A stretch of DNA of 62,734 nt, the filler included, from Rhabdomonas costata (taxonomy: Eukaryota): NCBI GenBank assembly GCA_019059605.1. It is 28 parts of 28 records of this genome, joined end to end, with 100 filler letters (N's around TTAATTAATTAA, not from the genome) between each part and the next. Parts side by side here need not be neighbours in the genome. Positions count along the whole stretch, not along the records: positions 58,349 to 60,491 come from JAHMHO010005313.1; positions 60,592 to 62,734 come from JAHMHO010005314.1; 26 more parts are not named here. One strand, written 5' to 3'. The notes beneath the pieces are model-generated. The model was not told where the DNA came from. It saw only the letters and a list, made by a program, of their open reading frames with translations, and ran no database searches. Shown here in pieces: positions 60,441 to 62,734 of this stretch (positions within the stretch are counted from its first letter, which is position 1; each line of letters opens with the position of its first letter). A program made the translations under genes and the position numbers.

Positions 60441-62734
60441 AATGCAAGGCAGCTCTGTACTGTGCGGGCGTCATTGCGATCCAACACCCCCNNNNNNNNN
60501 NNNNNNNNNNNNNNNNNNNNNNNNNNNNNNNNNNNTTAATTAATTAANNNNNNNNNNNNNNNNNNNNNNNNNNNNNNNNNNNNNNNNNNNNGGGGGTGTT
60601 TATAAACCAAGCCCACCAAGGAGTCCTGGGATTCGGGACTGCACTGGATTCTCTTGGGGGGCACGAGGCGAAAGTTGCCTGTGAGACGAAGTTCTGCCAC
60701 GAAGTGTAGGAGAACGGACGAGGGTGCATGGGGCACAGAAACTGAAACCTCCAGGCTTCGGGGGCCCTGCTGCGGTGCGTATGTCTTCAAAGTTGGTATG
60801 AGTCAAGCTGGCACTGCTACTACCCCGCTGACGGACTACACCACCACGTCGCTCTCCGTCCTCTTCTTCTTTTCATCCCCTTGTTGAACCCTTTTCTCCA
60901 ATCGTTCGAATATTTTCCAACCTTCTTCCGAGTGAATATGCTTCTTGGCCTCCACTTTCTTCCTCTTCGTGTGTCTTAGCATCCCTCAGCCGTCGCGTTG
61001 TTCGTTTTCCTCCTCTCTTTCTCTTCCCTTTCTTCTCCATTCTCCACACCTCCCTTATTCCCTGTCCTCCACCGCAACCTCCGATTTCTCTTTCCAGTTT
61101 CACTCAGCTTCGGCTTAGCCCTCCTTACAGCATATTAGTTTCACTCAGTTCCTTTTTTTTGCTTCTGGCCGTTTTCCTCTGCTTCCTCTCTCTCTCTTTC
61201 ACTTGTCTTTTGTAAATTTTCTTCCAGTTTTCTCTGCGATTTGTGTCTTTGCAGCTGAACTGCTGTGACGCAGTGGATTCATTTTGTCAGAGCCGCTATA
61301 AAAAATTTTCAAATTACAAAAACTTTAAAGCATCGCTATAGCATTGCAAAAAAAATGTGCTACCAGAACGCGTGCACCGCAACCCCCTTCGGGACCCCTT
61401 TCGAAGAGTGCAGTGCACTAGCAAGCAAAAGCAAAAATTAACCCACAGCATGGCCGAAAATGTCTATAAAAAAATTTATATCACCGCTATAAAAATTTTC
61501 ACTGTGCTGAAGTTTTCGATTTTGGATACCGCTATATTCTTAAGATTCTTAAAGCGCCACTGAAGAGTCTTTGATACGATATCAAAAAATAAGCTTCCCA
61601 CATTCCAATCTATTGAGGAATCGGACAGTGGGCTCCAAAAAAGCTATTAAGCTCTAGTTAAACTGCCTGTATTGAGTAATAAGTTTGGAACCTTATATTT
61701 TCTTTCCCATAGCACCTTTTATTTACTTTATCTTTACTTTCTCCTAAAGTGAACGAACAGCGAAGTTTACTATTTACCGATTTGGTAACCATATGTTAAT
61801 TACGTCATTTAATGCAGTCCTTCCAGCAGTTTTCCTTGAATTGTTTTGTGGAGAAATATTGAATCCAATATCTTCAACCTTTGATTGTCCGGGCATTTCA
61901 GCCAAGTGGTTCAGAAAAGAAAAGCTCCCACCCTGGAACATAAACTTGGAAACGAACCAATAAGGGAGGCTGACTTGGTGGTGGGTCTTCAACCCAACCC
62001 GTGTCTTCCAAGAAAGTTTTTGGAACAGAACAGTAATGGGGTCTTTGGTGATCGAGCGCTTTTAGAAGAGAGGTCGAAAATACATACATACAAATAAATA
62101 GGTAAACGTCCGCCAGGCCCCTGCCTGGGGACAGCAAACAAATGACAAGACAAAACGAATGAGCAATGCCGAGCAACTGTGACAGGTTCATTTAAGGAAA
62201 CTTGAAGTCCGCCGACTTGCTTGCCAAGACCTGTGCACCTTCGCTGCCTGTGTTTCTATTTCTCACTCACTCATGCTCTTTGCAGACAAGAAGCGCTTGT
62301 GACTTTGATGTCAATGGGACACACCCCTATCCCTACGCAACATGTCTTGCTGAAACCGCTCCAAGACAAGAACGAGGCACACAAGCAGACATTTCAGACG
62401 CAATGGCTACACCGAAGGTGACGCCCTCGCTCATGAACACATGAAGCGCGCTGGCTCAGTTGGCGCAAGGTGACTTCGTGGTTTTAGTTCAGAACTGTGC
62501 GATATATTCATTCCCCGCAAGACTGGGTCTCTCGAGCACTAAGTAAAAAACCCGACGTTAAAAACTCGACGTTAAAAAAAACACGAATCACGAATGACGA
62601 ATGAGCTTTTTTCTTCTTAAATTCACAGCACTGCGGCACAAAAGTTCTTGCAGTAGCAGGGGTCAGCCTTTTAAGAGAGCCCGTCCGCTGAGGACGAGCA
62701 ACGCGCAACACCAACAACCACACACACCCAACAC

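Noticed and set aside
62446-62502. A-box-like TGGCTCAGTTGG suggesting a tRNA
   Set aside because: No cloverleaf or acceptor stem, and only a poor B box.
158-62723. Most short ORFs in the supplied track
   Set aside because: They are antisense or alternate-frame shadows of GC-rich exons, intron read-throughs, or run into the N linkers.
62705-62734. C/A-rich and G/T-rich contig ends as telomeres of gene-sized chromosomes
   Set aside because: There is no fixed repeat unit, genes are cut mid-exon or mid-intron, and the sequence resembles an amplification primer.
1-62734. Euglenid non-conventional (non-GT-AG, end-pairing) introns, spliced-leader RNA, rRNA or CRISPR arrays
   Set aside because: None recognised; all junctions inferred from conserved proteins were GT-AG apart from the GC-AG and GT-GG cases reported.

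Overview
This window is not one locus. It is 28 unrelated eukaryotic contigs of about 2.14 kb, joined by artificial 100-nt linkers (44 N + TTAATTAATTAA + 44 N). Many contigs start G/T-only and end C/A-only, which looks like whole-genome-amplification primer remnants. The DNA is intron-rich nuclear sequence, most likely euglenozoan and probably a euglenid; this is inferred from the receptor-type adenylate cyclases and many weak-consensus GT-AG introns. Recognisable spliced gene fragments are: two receptor adenylate cyclases plus a degenerate cyclase-like gene, ATG2-like, a CDK, HisH(F), thioredoxin, a LamG-like secreted protein, a BRO1-domain protein, an FF-domain protein, bacterial-type NADP-isocitrate dehydrogenase, an MTH1187-family thiamine-binding protein, SAP18, proteasome ATPase RPT4, and a protein with a fibrillar-collagen C-propeptide (COLFI)-like domain. 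The most interesting signal is a structured ~100-nt element found three times on unrelated contigs. One copy follows a frameshifted remnant resembling the C-terminal RuvC part of a Fanzor/TnpB nuclease, which suggests an omegaRNA-like non-autonomous element family. That call is a hypothesis from remembered motifs, not a database match. The window also holds MITE-like repeats, long hairpins, decayed non-LTR retrotransposon fragments, and GC-AG and GT-GG intron candidates. All exon boundaries were inferred by eye.
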